A stretch of DNA of 64,000 nt from Octopus vulgaris (Eukaryota): NCBI GenBank assembly GCA_951406725.2, contig OX597815.1:100254001-100318000 (forward strand). The letters run 5' to 3'. The stretch's first letter is position 1; the number at the start of each line of letters is the position of its first letter. Of this stretch, positions 1 to 13,944 are shown piece by piece. Below the pieces are notes generated by a model that saw only the letters and a program-made list of their open reading frames with translations, ran no database searches and had not been told where the DNA came from. The position numbers and the translations under genes are program-made.

Positions 1-333
1 TATTCATTAGTATAGAATAAAGAAAGAAATACTTTGTTACTAGTTTAGCGTGGTGGAATGATAGAATTATGGATAATATGCCAGGCAATATTTTCTTAGG
101 TCCCTTTCGATTCTGATTTCGAACCCAGTTGGACTCAACTTCGTATATCATCTTATTAACATTGGTAACGGAAGCCCCAATAAAACATTGAAGTTGCGTA
201 TATCTCTCCGTATTTCCCTACAAAAATTGCTCTATTTAATTTTTTATAGACATATATGTTTTGTTTTTGTTTTGTTTTTTTTTTGTTTTTTATGCATATA
301 TGTAAGTTTAAAATGTATGTATCATTGTATATA

Positions 334-564
334 CGTTTGTTTACTACCCACAAGGGGCTAAACATAGTGGAGACAAACAAGGACAGACACACGGATTAAG
401 TCGATTACATCGACCCCAGTGCGTTACTGGTACTTAATTTATCGACCCCGAAAGGATGAAAGGCAAAGTCGACCTCGGCGGAATTTGAACTCAGAACGTA
501 GCGACGGGCGAAATACCGCGAAGCACTTCGCCCGGCGTGCTAACGTCTCTGCCAGTTCGCCGCC
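334..564 (-). mobile_element. tRNA-derived SINE, family A (young copy)
   Basis: Minus strand reads GGCGGCGAACTGGCAGAGACGTTAGCACG...GAGTTCAAATTCC (A/B-box-like head), then GTCGACTTTGCCTTTCATCCTTTCGGGGTCGAT. A 16-bp TSD TGTATCATTGTATATA lies at 318-333 and 565-580. Near-identical copies at 24503-24733 and 43795-44026. Confidence 0.9.
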
Positions 565-711
565 TGTATCATTGTATATATACTTTATTTTAATTGTTGC
601 TTCTGATAAATAAGTATCATTGTAATAATTTGTAACTAAAGCTTGTATCTGTCAAAGCATGACATGATGTGTTTGTGTGTAAATGTGTATGTGCGCATGT
701 ATGTACGTGCG

Positions 712-745
<34 letters not shown>

Positions 746-1004
746 CTTGTATATATGTTTATATTCTCTAAATGCATTTTATTTTTAGGGTGATGCCAAA
801 CGTTTAGCCGTTTTATTTTCTGTTTTAATTTATATATGTGTGAGTATGTACACTCATAAATATGTCTATGTCCATTCGAGTTTAATTATGCGTATGATTT
901 TGTATATATGCTCATTATAGGTATATGTGTATACGCGCGCACGTGTGCCTCTGAACGTGTGTGTATGTGTGCGTGTGTATATGTGTATGTGTGTGTGTGT
1001 GCGC

Positions 1005-1097
1005 ATGGCACCTTGAGCAAGTATCTTCTACTATAGCTTCGGATCGACCAAATCCTTGTGAATGGATAAGGTAGACGGAAACTGAAAGAATCCCGTC

Positions 1098-1185
<88 letters not shown>

Positions 1186-1390
1186 TTGTATTTGGTTGTC
1201 TGTGTTTGTCACCCCACCATCGCTTGACAACCGATGCTGTTGTGTTTATAAACTCTGTAACTTAGCGGTTCAGCAAAAGAGACCAATAGAATAAGTGCTA
1301 GGCTTCAAAGAATAAATCCTGGAGTCAATTTGTTCGACTAAAGGTCGTGCTCCAGCATGGCCGAAGTCAAAGACTGAAGCAAATAAAAAA
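1005..1390 (+). mobile_element. tRNA-derived SINE, family B (CORE-like), 5'-truncated, with internal microsatellite
   Basis: GGCACCTTGAGCAAGT...GGTAGACGGAAACTGAAAGAA, then (AT)n/(TATG)n, then tail ...GTGCTCCAGCATGGCC. More than 10 related copies occur in the window. Confidence 0.85.
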
Positions 1391-1829
1391 TGCGTGTGTG
1401 TTTGTATGTGTATTTTGTGTGGGTGTGTCTGTGTATATGAGGTGGTGTATGTATGTATGTATGTATGTACATTGATATATATATATATATATATAAATTA
1501 CTCCAATCTCTAACACTCTCATTTCTGTACAACTAGACTTGCACTTTTTATTTTGTCTTCCAACAATCTATAAGACTTTTGATTATTAACTGTATGTAAA
1601 CGCTTCATCCACATTTAAATTTTGTATTACTTCAATTTTTATCTGCAAAATTTCTTACCAGAAATTTCTTACATGTTTATTCTACATGTACAGTTTTGTA
1701 ATACCTGTTAGCAAATGAAACGTGTGTAATAGGGAATAAATGATGCCAATAAATTTTTCCAGCCTCCCGTTTTGATGTGTGTGTGTGTGTGTTCATGTGT
1801 ATGTATGTATATGAGTAGTAAATAAAAAA

Positions 1830-2022
1830 AATGAAGAACAAGCACAAAAGAAATAACAACGCGAGGACGTGGTACATTTAAAGTATTAGCAGACGCTCAG
1901 GGAAGGGAAGAAAGATGATTTAACGTTTCGAGAAGAGTTCTTCTTCAGAAACAGAGGAAAGTCCTATAGAAAAGGAAGACGGAGGAAGAAAATCGCCAAC
2001 GATTCACATGTGGTTACGTTTT
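1830..2022 (-). mobile_element. Penelope-like pLTR/tail fragment carrying a minimal hammerhead motif (about 1915-1955)
   Basis: Minus strand reads TTT-CTGAAGA-AGAACTCTTCTC-GAAA-CGT-TA-AATC: hammerhead core boxes with palindromic stem III AACGTT. Stem II is imperfect. Confidence 0.6.
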
Positions 2023-2981
2023 GGTATGTATGTATGTATGTATGTATGTATGTATGTATGTATGTATGTATGTATGTATGTATGTATGTATGTATGTATG
2101 TTTGAATGTGTGTATGTGTTTGTGCGTGTGTGTATGCACCCCTTACCTTTCGTTAAAGCATATCTCTTGGAGAAAGTCATTCTGATGCAAAACCAAATAT
2201 GCACGGAATAGCATTAGACATTTTGTGGATCTTTTGTTTGTGCATGAGATCATAACGTTCCCACACTCCTGAGACTGCTACCCGTATAGGCACTGAATAT
2301 CTTGCCCTTACTTGTCTCTGGTTCATCTCAATAGGGTGTAGAGAGTGTATGAAGTGTGGCGCAAGCTTTATTGGACCTAAAAGTCTAGGTCTCGAGATCG
2401 CCGGCGAGACGTCTCTCCGATGTACAATCGAGAAGGAAGTCGCCTCTGCGAGCATGGAAGCCGCGGCTCCGAACCCGAATAAAGCCGACTACGGATGTAA
2501 TAATCTCATGCACAGGTATTGCATGGGTAATAGTCACTGATGGTCTTCCTCGGTCGCCAGTGGACAGGCATTATGTATATGTGTATGAGTGTGTGTGTGC
2601 ACACATGTGTGTACGTGTGTGCGTATGTATGTATGTATGTATGTATGTATGTATGTATGTATGTATGTATGTATATGTGTGTGGGTGAGCGTGTATGCAT
2701 ATATACATTATAGATCTATATATGTGTGTATATGTGTGGTTGCGTGTGTGTTTGCGTATGTATAGAATATGCAGAACTTTATTCAATATTTATAACAGTT
2801 AAATGAAATACAATATATATTATTATCACTAGCAATAAATAGCAGATATTCACTACAATTCTGTTCGAAAATTTACCAATAAGTTTCGTAATCCGGATAA
2901 GATTGTTGTTACCTTAGAGTAACTCACAAATGTTTCCGGTATACACCCAAGTGTTATCATTTTATGCGAAAATGAAATATA

Positions 2982-3804
2982 TTGGGTCATCCCGTGAATA
3001 ATGCGGGGTTTTTTTTCAATTGCATGAACTGAAAGTCGGAAAGGGACGGGATAACCTACCTGCATCAACTTGCTATAAAAGCAAGTAGTAATTTCACCTT
3101 GTCCTTTTCTTAGTGCAAGTTTTGAAGAGTGCAGTTCGATTTTAACAGTTATTTTATCAAAGCTATAATGGAAGTGACAAAGGAGTATATTCGACATATT
3201 TTGCTTTATGAGTTAAATAAAGGCAACAAACTACAGCCTAGAAGGCGAGCCTCGTTCTGGAAGATCTGTAGAGCTAGACGAGGACGTCCTGCAAACCCTG
3301 GTGGAACAAAATTTCTTTCTAACTGTTGAGGAACTAACAGAAAAGGTTAGATTTGGTTATTCGACACCTCATTCAGTTAGCGCCAGAAGAAAAACGACCA
3401 TGTTTGGTTTGAAGACGAAAGGTGTTCTTCCATCAAGCTAATGCTCGGCTACATAGAGCGAGGATGACATTCCAAAGCCTGGAGCAGTTTGAATGGGAAA
3501 CGATGCCCCACCCACCACATTCGCCTGACATTGCCCATTCTGATTATTTATTCCGCAGTTTTCAAAATCATTTGAACGGAAAAAATATGAATTCTGTAGA
3601 CGAGGTCAGACCAGTAGTGGGGGAGGAGTTTTCGTCACAGGCAAGTGAATTTTGGAAGAGGGGTCTTGCAAGTCTGCCAGATAGATCGAAGGGCATTGTA
3701 GAAAATGAAGGAGAGTATATTTTAGATTAAAAAGGAACATTGTTTCTCTTAATTTTGACAAATAAAAGTATTTTAAAAACCGCATTATTTATGGGATGAC
3801 CCAA
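2982..3804 (+). mobile_element. Internally deleted mariner (DD34D-type) transposon with transposase pseudogene
   Basis: TIRs TTGGGTCATCCC.../...GGGATGACCCAA flanked by TA at 2980-2981 and 3805-3806. N-terminal HTH-like MEVTKEYIRHILLYE; C-terminal HQANARLH (HDNARPH-like) and PHPPHSPDIAHSDY (YSPDLAPSDY-like) in ORF 3422-3730. Confidence 0.93.
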
Positions 3805-3857
3805 TACTTGGAGCATATCTAGATGTTATAAATATATAATTATCTGGCAAATAAAAA

Positions 3858-4410
3858 GCAGCAAGCTGCCAGAAACGTTAACATGCCGAACATATTACGT
3901 AGTGGCATTTCTTCCTGGTTTACGCTCTGAGTTCAACCTACGCTCAGGTCTACTTAACCTTCCATACTTTTTAGGGAAGCTTGACAGAATAAGTGAAGAC
4001 GCCTGGCTTAGTGGTTTGCGTATTCGGCTCATGATCGTAAGGTCATGAGTTCGATTCCCGTCGGTGCGTTGTGTACTTGAGCAAGATACTTTATTTCACA
4101 TTGCTTCAGTTCACTCAGCTGGCAAAAATGTATTTTATCTGTTATTCAAAAGAACCAGCCTTGACGCACACTGTGTAATGCTGAACCTCTCTTGAAGTAT
4201 GATAATAGTACACGTGTCTGTGGAGTGCTTAACCATTTTCATGTGAATTTCATGAGCACGCTATTCCGTTGATCGAATTTAGTGGAACACTCGTTTTCGT
4301 AATCGACGGAGAGCCAAGCCAAAATAAGCACCAGTTGTGCATTGAGGTGGATATAATCGACTCTCTCCTTTCCCAAAAATTTCAGGTCTTATGCCTATTG
4401 CAGAAAATTA
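3858..4410 (+). mobile_element. Degenerate family-A SINE interrupted by a different tRNA-derived SINE (3994-4316)
   Basis: Family-A head at 3858-3990 and tail at 4320-4410 flank an element with A box TGGCTTAGTGG, B box GAGTTCGATTCC and CORE-like GTGTACTTGAGCAAG. Confidence 0.75.
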
Positions 4411-4780
4411 TTTCACATACAGAAATAAGCAACAAACGATTTATACAATGTATAATAAAATATTCCATTTAACATTTAATAAACTATTTTCGTTGATATG
4501 TAGTCATGCTTTCATTTTAACATATCACTTGGGATTTTATTCAATTATATATTTTCCCTTAACAATATGTCTATTATAAATGTAATTATTAATATTTCTG
4601 ATAATATTCTGGAATGAAAATTTATAGTTGATATAAAATAGGCATTTTGTAAAACGAAAATTTTATAATATTGCTCCTTTAAGCAAATTAGGTCAGTCAA
4701 ATTTAGTTTAATCCGAATTATCCTAAACTTTAAATAGGTATAAGCTACTGTTATCTCTATAGTGAGGAAGGTGAGGAACT

Positions 4781-4823
4781 GTTCTCTGATGAAGTTGTAA
4801 TAAATGCCGAAACTAGTCAGATC
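4781..4823 (+). ncRNA. Minimal type-I hammerhead ribozyme motif
   Basis: GTTCT-CTGATGA-AGTTGTAATAAATGCC-GAAA-CTAG-TC^AGATC: canonical core, palindromic stem III ACTAGT, GUC cleavage triplet and stem I TCT/AGA. Stem II has one mismatch and two wobbles. Confidence 0.65.
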
Positions 4824-5361
4824 GATCTCTTTGTCCATTCACAGAGAGAAAAGTATGTGATTTACCACAGTAACGACTCAAAAAATGGATTTACTTGAAA
4901 ACGTGTGGGGCTAAATATATCCACTAAAAGGAAGACATGCTCGTAAGTTTATATTATATATACATGTGTGTGTGTGTGTGTGTGTGTCTGTGTGTGTTTG
5001 TGTGTATGTGTGTATATGTATGCGTGTATGTATATAATATAAGTTTATATTATACATTATATATATATATATATTCACACATTCATGTCTTTGTACATGT
5101 ACATATATATATACGGATTTATAGATTATATATATACGATTATATGTATACATATGTGTATGTGCGTGTGTGTGTATTTTTATGTATCTGTATTTGTGCA
5201 TTGATTAACATATATTTTGTGTCATATTCAATATATATTATGTAATATACTATAATTTGTTTTCTATATCTTAAATTTTTTCTTATATGTTTCTATACAT
5301 AGATATATACGTATACATACATAAGCACACACAGGCACAGATATAGATAGGTAGATTGATC

Positions 5362-5451
<90 letters not shown>

Positions 5452-5955
5452 AAGATAGATAGATATCCATAACTATAAACACTGTACAGTATGTATGTGC
5501 GAGAGTGCGCAACGCTTATGAGTCGTGTGTTAGTTCCTCTATTTTTCCAATCAATTTCCTTATGTAAGATACACATATCTATATGAGACTTGCCAAAATC
5601 TCGCAGGCAAGAAAGATGAAAGCTACACAGGTTGAAGTATACATGTTTAAAATCTTCATGCATTTGCAGCATGGGTTACACTGACATGCGGATATGCAAC
5701 ACAATATCATGCATCAAGGAATAAGTTTGTACTCAATCAATAGATCAGCTAGAAATAGCAGTCAAATTTCTCTCAAATCACACACTACACAGTGTTAAAA
5801 GAAAGGCACAGTAGAGAATATAGTTTTAAATATACAAGAAAGACATGAAGGTCGTTACTTAAATGTTTTTGATTATAAGTCTACTGGATGATTGATGACT
5901 TGGGGATTAGACTAACACTACTGTTCTAAACGGGATATGTAGTTATTCTTTTAAT

Positions 5956-6340
5956 ACGGTAATTCTCATCTGGGGTCCATGAGACCCCAGCGAGTCCATA
6001 TAAGATTTGAGGGTTTCATGCAAACAAACTAGTAAACTGGGATCCACAGTAGTATTTTAAGGGTTCATGAAAAAACTTTGCTTTAGATGTATTAATTGCA
6101 AGAAACACCAAGGGTTCTTTCTCTATGTTTTATATAGTTCAACATGTTTCCAGCCACTGAAGCATGTTATCTCAAATTACAAGCTAACACAAGTGAATGT
6201 GTGAAAAGCAAAAAAAAACATAGGAATTTTGAAAGTATCTATAAAACTAGTATTTAAAAATGGAATGACTATGGGCATCCACCAGAATAAAATAGTGTCC
6301 AAAGGGGTCCATAGGCAAAATAAATGGGTGAGGACCTTTG
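5956..6340. mobile_element. Degenerate hAT-like MITE
   Basis: Decayed terminal inverted repeats (CGGTAATTCTCA.../...TGAGGACCTTTG) and repeated subterminal GGGGTCCA motifs. No clean TSD. Confidence 0.55.
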
Positions 6341-6479
6341 ATCTGATATATTTTCAATATAAAGCATGGTACTTAATACTAAATACTATAAATCTCTATC
6401 TTTTAATAAGTTCAGAAACTTCCGTCTGTTAACATCTGTTTTACATTGTACATAACATTGTATAACATCAAATTACATA

Positions 6480-7165
6480 GAATCAGAGCCATTGTACATA
6501 GGTTTCCTTCATTCTCAAAAAATATAGAATTTTATCCTCGGTTTATTTTAATAAAATTAAAACGTTGCACTCTAACAAAACTACGAAAATGTCGACAAAG
6601 CTGACCCTTTTAAATAACTAGCTCTTCTCGAAAAAAACAAATAACCTTCAACAGAACTCCTTGTAACATTACTGATTTCAACTCCATGTTACATTATTAA
6701 AATTTAGAAATTATGAATTAAATTTACTCAATTATGAATGATGCTTGATTTCTTTATTTGCCAGTAATCTGCATAGAATTCCTTGGTCGCCAGCCATACT
6801 ATCACTAACATGATTGCTTCTAAATCTGACCATATCCTCACTAGGCCCTTATTTTTTTCTCTCTCTACGGTTATTTCTCCCAACTTATAGAGATGTAACA
6901 CAGTATGGTCTATCTCCAAGAAAGATAACCATTCTAATCCTTACCAACAACCAGCCTTGAAGATGATTAAAATGGTTGTTACCGGTCATCGATCGCTCTG
7001 TTTACCGACCATGGTATTTTCTCTACTACCCCACTTCAGTAATCTCTGGTTTGTTTCCCTTAGAACAAAACTACCAAAAATCTAACTGGAAAGAATAAAG
7101 AGTAAGAGTTTATAAAAGTGAGGATAACTATTTGAAGGGTAATCTTGGGAATGCAAAAGAATACC
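6480..7165 (-). mobile_element. Highly decayed LINE ORF1-like relic
   Basis: Minus-strand fragment IRMVIFLGDRPYC resembles the VILEGRPP motif of the ORF at 59871. Many stops. Confidence 0.3.
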
Positions 7166-7502
7166 TTCCGTGTATATTAAAGCCGTAGATACAGTTGTAT
7201 ATAAGTGCATATATGTATGTGTTGCTTATGTGTTAGCGAGGATGTACGTCTGTTTGATAATGTATAGTGCAGAGGGGAGGTCTACACGTATCGGATGAGT
7301 ATATATGCAAGAATGCATGTATATGGTGGGAGTATTTGTACGCATGGGAATTTCCATGTGAATGTATTTCCGCGTGTATATGGAGAGTAAATATTTCTCC
7401 TTCTTCAAGCCAAGTAAAAAAAAAAGCCAAACAGAATAATCTTCATGAAATTCCTCACCATTGTTAAACCTAAAGAAAGAGCCATTTATCGCCACTTCAA
7501 CC

Positions 7503-7594
<92 letters not shown>

Positions 7595-8393
7595 CCAATA
7601 TAATAAATGTCCTTTTCCTAAAAAAAATTGTACAGAGAAAATAAAGATACCCTACACATGACAGCGAACGTCTAATACAATTATATGTCGTAGTATATTA
7701 TGGCGGACAGCATCTTTTTTTATAACGTTGGATTAGTTTCTATGAGAAGAATTGGTTATCTAAATAGGATGGCGAACTCTTCTATAGCTATGAGATATGG
7801 GTCGTAAGTCAAGAATATTCCGCTGTGGACTGTCTCCTGTGTACACGAACAAGATATTTTAATATATTCTTATATAAAATATCGCAATTCGTGATCAGTA
7901 GCATTGTCCGTTATAGTCTTTCAGCAGAGTACTCACTGGATCACAGCTTTTCTAACGACGAATGATGACAAGGGAGTGTCTGTAACTCGAAGCAGAACAA
8001 ATGTCTCTAGATACTTTATTGGTAAAAAAGAAAACGGTTTTTCCATTGAACGATTATATCCTTCGTTAATATACATCGGCGAATAATATACATACATACG
8101 TGTATAGATACATGTATATTATGGATGTAGGTGTGCGTGTGTGTGTGTGTGTTCGCGTGGGGGGGTATGTGTGTATGTCTGTGTAAAGGTGCATGGCTTT
8201 ATGGTTAAGGTGTTGAGATCACGTTCATAAATTCGTGGATACAATTCCTAGATCAGTACGCGCATTGTGTCATTACTTTGCAGTCAGTAATCGTTCCGGA
8301 TATTCATGATCTGGGTTCAAATCCCGCCGAGCTCAAATTTGCCTTTCGTCCTTTCGGGGCCGTTAAATAAAATGCCACTCATGTACAGGAGTG

Positions 8394-8451
<58 letters not shown>

Positions 8452-8483
8452 CCTCTCTATCTATCTATCTCTCTTTCTTTCTT

Positions 8484-8514
<31 letters not shown>

Positions 8515-8737
8515 TTCTCTCTGGAAGAAATCGACTGTGGTCGAACCTGGAAAGAAATGGGCTAGAACTGAAAAGGAAAAAAATATGCCCATATGCCCAA
8601 GACATATGTCTACTCCAGAGATCCTTCAAGGAACCCAACTACGGTTGTAGTCAGAGTGTACTCTTTCGGTCATTACCCAGCATTCATTATAATTTAACCA
8701 TTTAATTGCTCAAATAAATTGGTTCGACTCCGAAAGA

Positions 8738-8935
8738 GAAGGCTGACGAGCTTTGGACAAAATGACATGCGGTATTTTTTTCCAGCTCTTTACATTCTGT
8801 TTTCAAATCCCACCGAGATCAACTTTTCCTTTCATCTTTTCGAGCTCGATAAAATACAGTACCAACAAAATACAGGGATTGATGGTATATAATAACATCC
8901 TTCTCTTAAAATTGCTGGCCTTGTGCCAAAATTTT
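8738..8935 (+). mobile_element. Degenerate family-A SINE
   Basis: TCAAATCCCACCGAGATCAACTTTTCCTTTCATCTTTTCGAG...AGTACCA matches the family-A body. Confidence 0.7.
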
Positions 8936-8964
8936 AAGAAGAAATCTAAATTAGAAATCATTTG

Positions 8965-9239
8965 TAAGTGGGTAGCTTGATATTCTAATTTGCCTTCCCT
9001 GTTGTTTAGTCCTGGATTAGTGTATGTATGTTCAATTACATTCCAGTCATCCCCTCCTTCTCTTCTTCTTTTTTTTTCTGGTAACACATTTAGAACTACT
9101 TTACCAAATAGGTATGTTATTTACATTATTTACATTCGACGGGTTTTTGTCCTCATCGGCTGATATACCCTCCAGCCTTCTTCAGGTGTCTTGGGGAAAT
9201 TTCGAACCTGAGTTCTCATTCCTAAGGTAGTTTTCGATG

Positions 9240-9329
<90 letters not shown>

Positions 9330-9360
9330 TCACTGCTTGGAATCGAACTCGGAATGTTAT
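8965..9360 (-). mobile_element. Penelope-like tail repeat with broken hammerhead (9157-9188) and (TTA)n tract
   Basis: Minus strand reads CAC-CTGAAGA-A-GGCTG-GAGGGTATAT-CAGCC-GATG: box 1 and a perfect 5-bp stem II, but the GAAA box is lost. Confidence 0.5.
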
Positions 9361-9542
9361 TATTTTCAGGCAGTTATGTATATCTGAGGCCGATTTGGTT
9401 GCTATTTCTAACAGGCTGTGCTACCTATTAATGTGATCCCCTGATGACAACCATGGAATCAAAGATGAAATCTATATATTGTGGTTCACTGATCAATAAA
9501 TACAATATATTATATACAAACGAATGATTGATTTATGAGATA

Positions 9543-9938
9543 CTAGCAGTATCGCCCGGCGTTGCTCGGGTTTGTAAGGGAAATAACCATATAAGCATTT
9601 TTAGAGAGTTATAGCCAAAAATAGCAAAAAAAATGCATTAAAATGGGAAAAAAATGATGGTCATTTTTTTTTAATCGTTGACTCATCGTAGACATTTTTA
9701 GAGAGTTACTTCCCTTATATAATAGCGAAAAAAATGCTTTAAAATGGAAAAAAATGATGGTAAATTTTTTTTTAAATCGTAGACTCATCGTAGACGCGCG
9801 CTAATACCCAGAAGGGCTCGATATGAATCACGAATATAAGATACCCGGTTTTGGTTAAACTGCATCGCCAAATGTGGGAGTAGTTAGGAATCTAAATCGT
9901 AGGAGACAGACACACAACTTGACTTTTATATATAAAGA
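9543..9938 (-). mobile_element. Non-autonomous Helitron-type element
   Basis: Minus strand starts TC (TCTTTATATATAAAAG) and ends CTAG, inserted between A and T. A subterminal hairpin CCCGAGCAACGCCGGG lies near the 3' end, and there is an internal ~98-bp tandem duplication at 9595-9790. Confidence 0.8.
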
Positions 9939-11039
9939 TATGGGTGTTCTGATGCTCATATCCTTCCTTAGGCACTTATGGAGTTTCGCTACAACAGTTT
10001 TAACACATCAGTTTTAAGTTACCAAACAAAATATGCTTGTCTCATATATATAACTTTCTAAGATATATATATAACCACTTCGTCTTTTCTCTTCATCACT
10101 TTTCTCCTCCTCGTACTCCTTCACCTCCTCATTCTTCTTCTCAAAAAGTATGAAGAGAAGAGGGGGAGGAGGAGAAAAAGAAAACAAATGAGAAGAATGA
10201 GGGGGAAAAAGATGATTATTTTTCTTTTTCTTCTTCTCCTCCCCTAATACATCTATTTTCTTCTGATACTATTTCTTTTTCATTTACTTCTCATTGTTAT
10301 CTTTCATTTTCTTGTTTTTCTCCTTCGCATTCTTATTTTTCTTCTTCTTTTCATTTTTCTCATTCTTCTTCGTCTTCTTCGTCTTCTCTGTCCTCTTCTT
10401 CATTTACTTCTCCCGTTTCTCATTCTCCTCCTCCTTATCAATGTCATTTATCTCCAAGTCACTTTTGTCCAGATAGAGCTACACCTAAAGATATTCAAGC
10501 CGTGACCATTCCGCCTTCTTTCTCTTGTTTCTTTCTGCCTGGTGAGTGTACCCTCGCTGGCCCCCTTTCATCCTTGCCCTCATTTTTTTTATCTTCCTCT
10601 TTATATTGTCTTTTCTCCAATGTTTCACTGTAAAATATTGTCAAATTTCCTTTCAAACATTTCCATAGTAAGTAAAACATAGATAACAACTAGACAAAAG
10701 CACATAGAACGATTATAGACCGGATTAATATTTGTAGAGAATAGAAAATTAGAACGTTGTTGTTTTTATATACTCTTGCACTGTTTTCCGTTGACTGTCA
10801 ACACTTGAAGAAGACGTCGCCATGATGGAAATGAGGTGTTAAAAATTACTTGATATTATCTAGATTTGTTTAAGACAAGAATCATCGAGGAATTTACAGC
10901 ATTATGGCTAATTTAGTGATTAGTTTCTTAATGTTGACTTAATAATGATTAACACAACAGGCACTCGCGAGTTAGTATTCGAGGGGTTACGAATTGCTCT
11001 GATGTAGTAGGGAAGAGCTATTCACTCGCAAATTGTTTA

Positions 11040-12600
<1,561 letters not shown>

Positions 12601-12749
12601 TTCCTTGTTTATAACATCTTCACTTCCCTAATTTCTATCATTTCATTGAGAAACGCATAGACAAAGCTACATCTCGTTTTACGTACATTATAATTCTCTG
12701 TCTTGTATAAGAAATTACGAGTGTACTTTTAGATTTTCATTATTTTTTC

Positions 12750-12945
12750 TAACGTTGTTTAGCCCCAGGTCAAACCTGGTGGTACAAACCTATGATCGGA
12801 AATATTCCAACTGTATACAGCCCGTTTATACATTATAGCTGTTCCGTGTTTATCCATTGTGTCTTTCTCCTCTTAAAGACAGTGGGTGTGATTTCGGTGA
12901 AATTTGGCTGCTATATCTAAGAATTCAAGCTACCACCTGGAAGAG
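12750..12945 (-). repeat. Dispersed short repeat family (SINE-like; GCTAGAAATAGCAGCCAAAT core)
   Basis: Related segments at about 5730-5920, 9385-9430, 13670-13735, 19850-20010 and 40000-40180. Confidence 0.55.
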
Positions 12946-13944
12946 TAATAACTCCCAACAAGCCGAGAAAGATATACCATTTGTATGTTTCACTTCACTT
13001 AATTAGTGAAGATATATATTCTTTACTCTTTTACTCTTTTATTTGTTTCAGTCACTTGACTGCAGCTATGCTAGAGCACCGCCTTTAGTCGAACAAATCG
13101 AAGATCTAGTTAAATTGATTCACAAAATCAGCCCCCTTTAATTTTGCTCAGATTGCTTTCAATTTTGGTGTATCGATGCAACTCTGAATTTTGATTATGA
13201 TCAACTTATTACTTTATTTCGTAAATTAAAGAATCTGATGTTATTGGGAATTAAAGTTGGGAAAATTTGGGTAATTTTAGCCAATCAGCAGACAGCGAGA
13301 CACTAATAGATTGTTACCATGACAACAGGACGTTGTGTTGTGTTTCACTTCATCCGCACGTTGTGTCGTGTTGATTCTTCACACCACGAGATTTACTTCA
13401 CTCGCGTGTTTTGTTTTAATAAAAATTTATATTTATCAATCAAAATTTTATTGTAGATATTTTCCGTTAATAGTCTTAATATTTTACATATTTTTCATAT
13501 ATTTTTCATATATATTTTACATATATTTCGTGACGTTTTTCTGTGTTGCAACGAATACCTTTCATTTGAAACCCAAGTCAGGCCAGAATGAGCTATTTTG
13601 TATTTTTATTGAAGATGTAGGACAACATTATTTAATGTGTCCTTCATGTTTAAAATGTTAGAGCATAGTATGAGAGAGATTTGGCTGTTATTTCTAGCAA
13701 ATTGAACAACCACACAGAGATTACCTCATTGGCTCATTTGCTGATGTGTATAAGTAAACAAAAACTAAAGGAAATAGATCTTCATCAGTTTCTAGGATGA
13801 TCATTCCAATTGTATGATCAAGTGAACTGGTTATACATTCAACTGGTACTTATTTTATCAACCCTCAAAAGATGAAAGGCAAAGCAACATAGCTGGAATT
13901 TGAGAAAAATCTTGCATATTTACTGTTCCACTCACAAATTGGAC

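Noticed and set aside
9441-9480. CTGATGA...GAAA as a hammerhead
   Set aside because: No credible stem II or stem I pairing.
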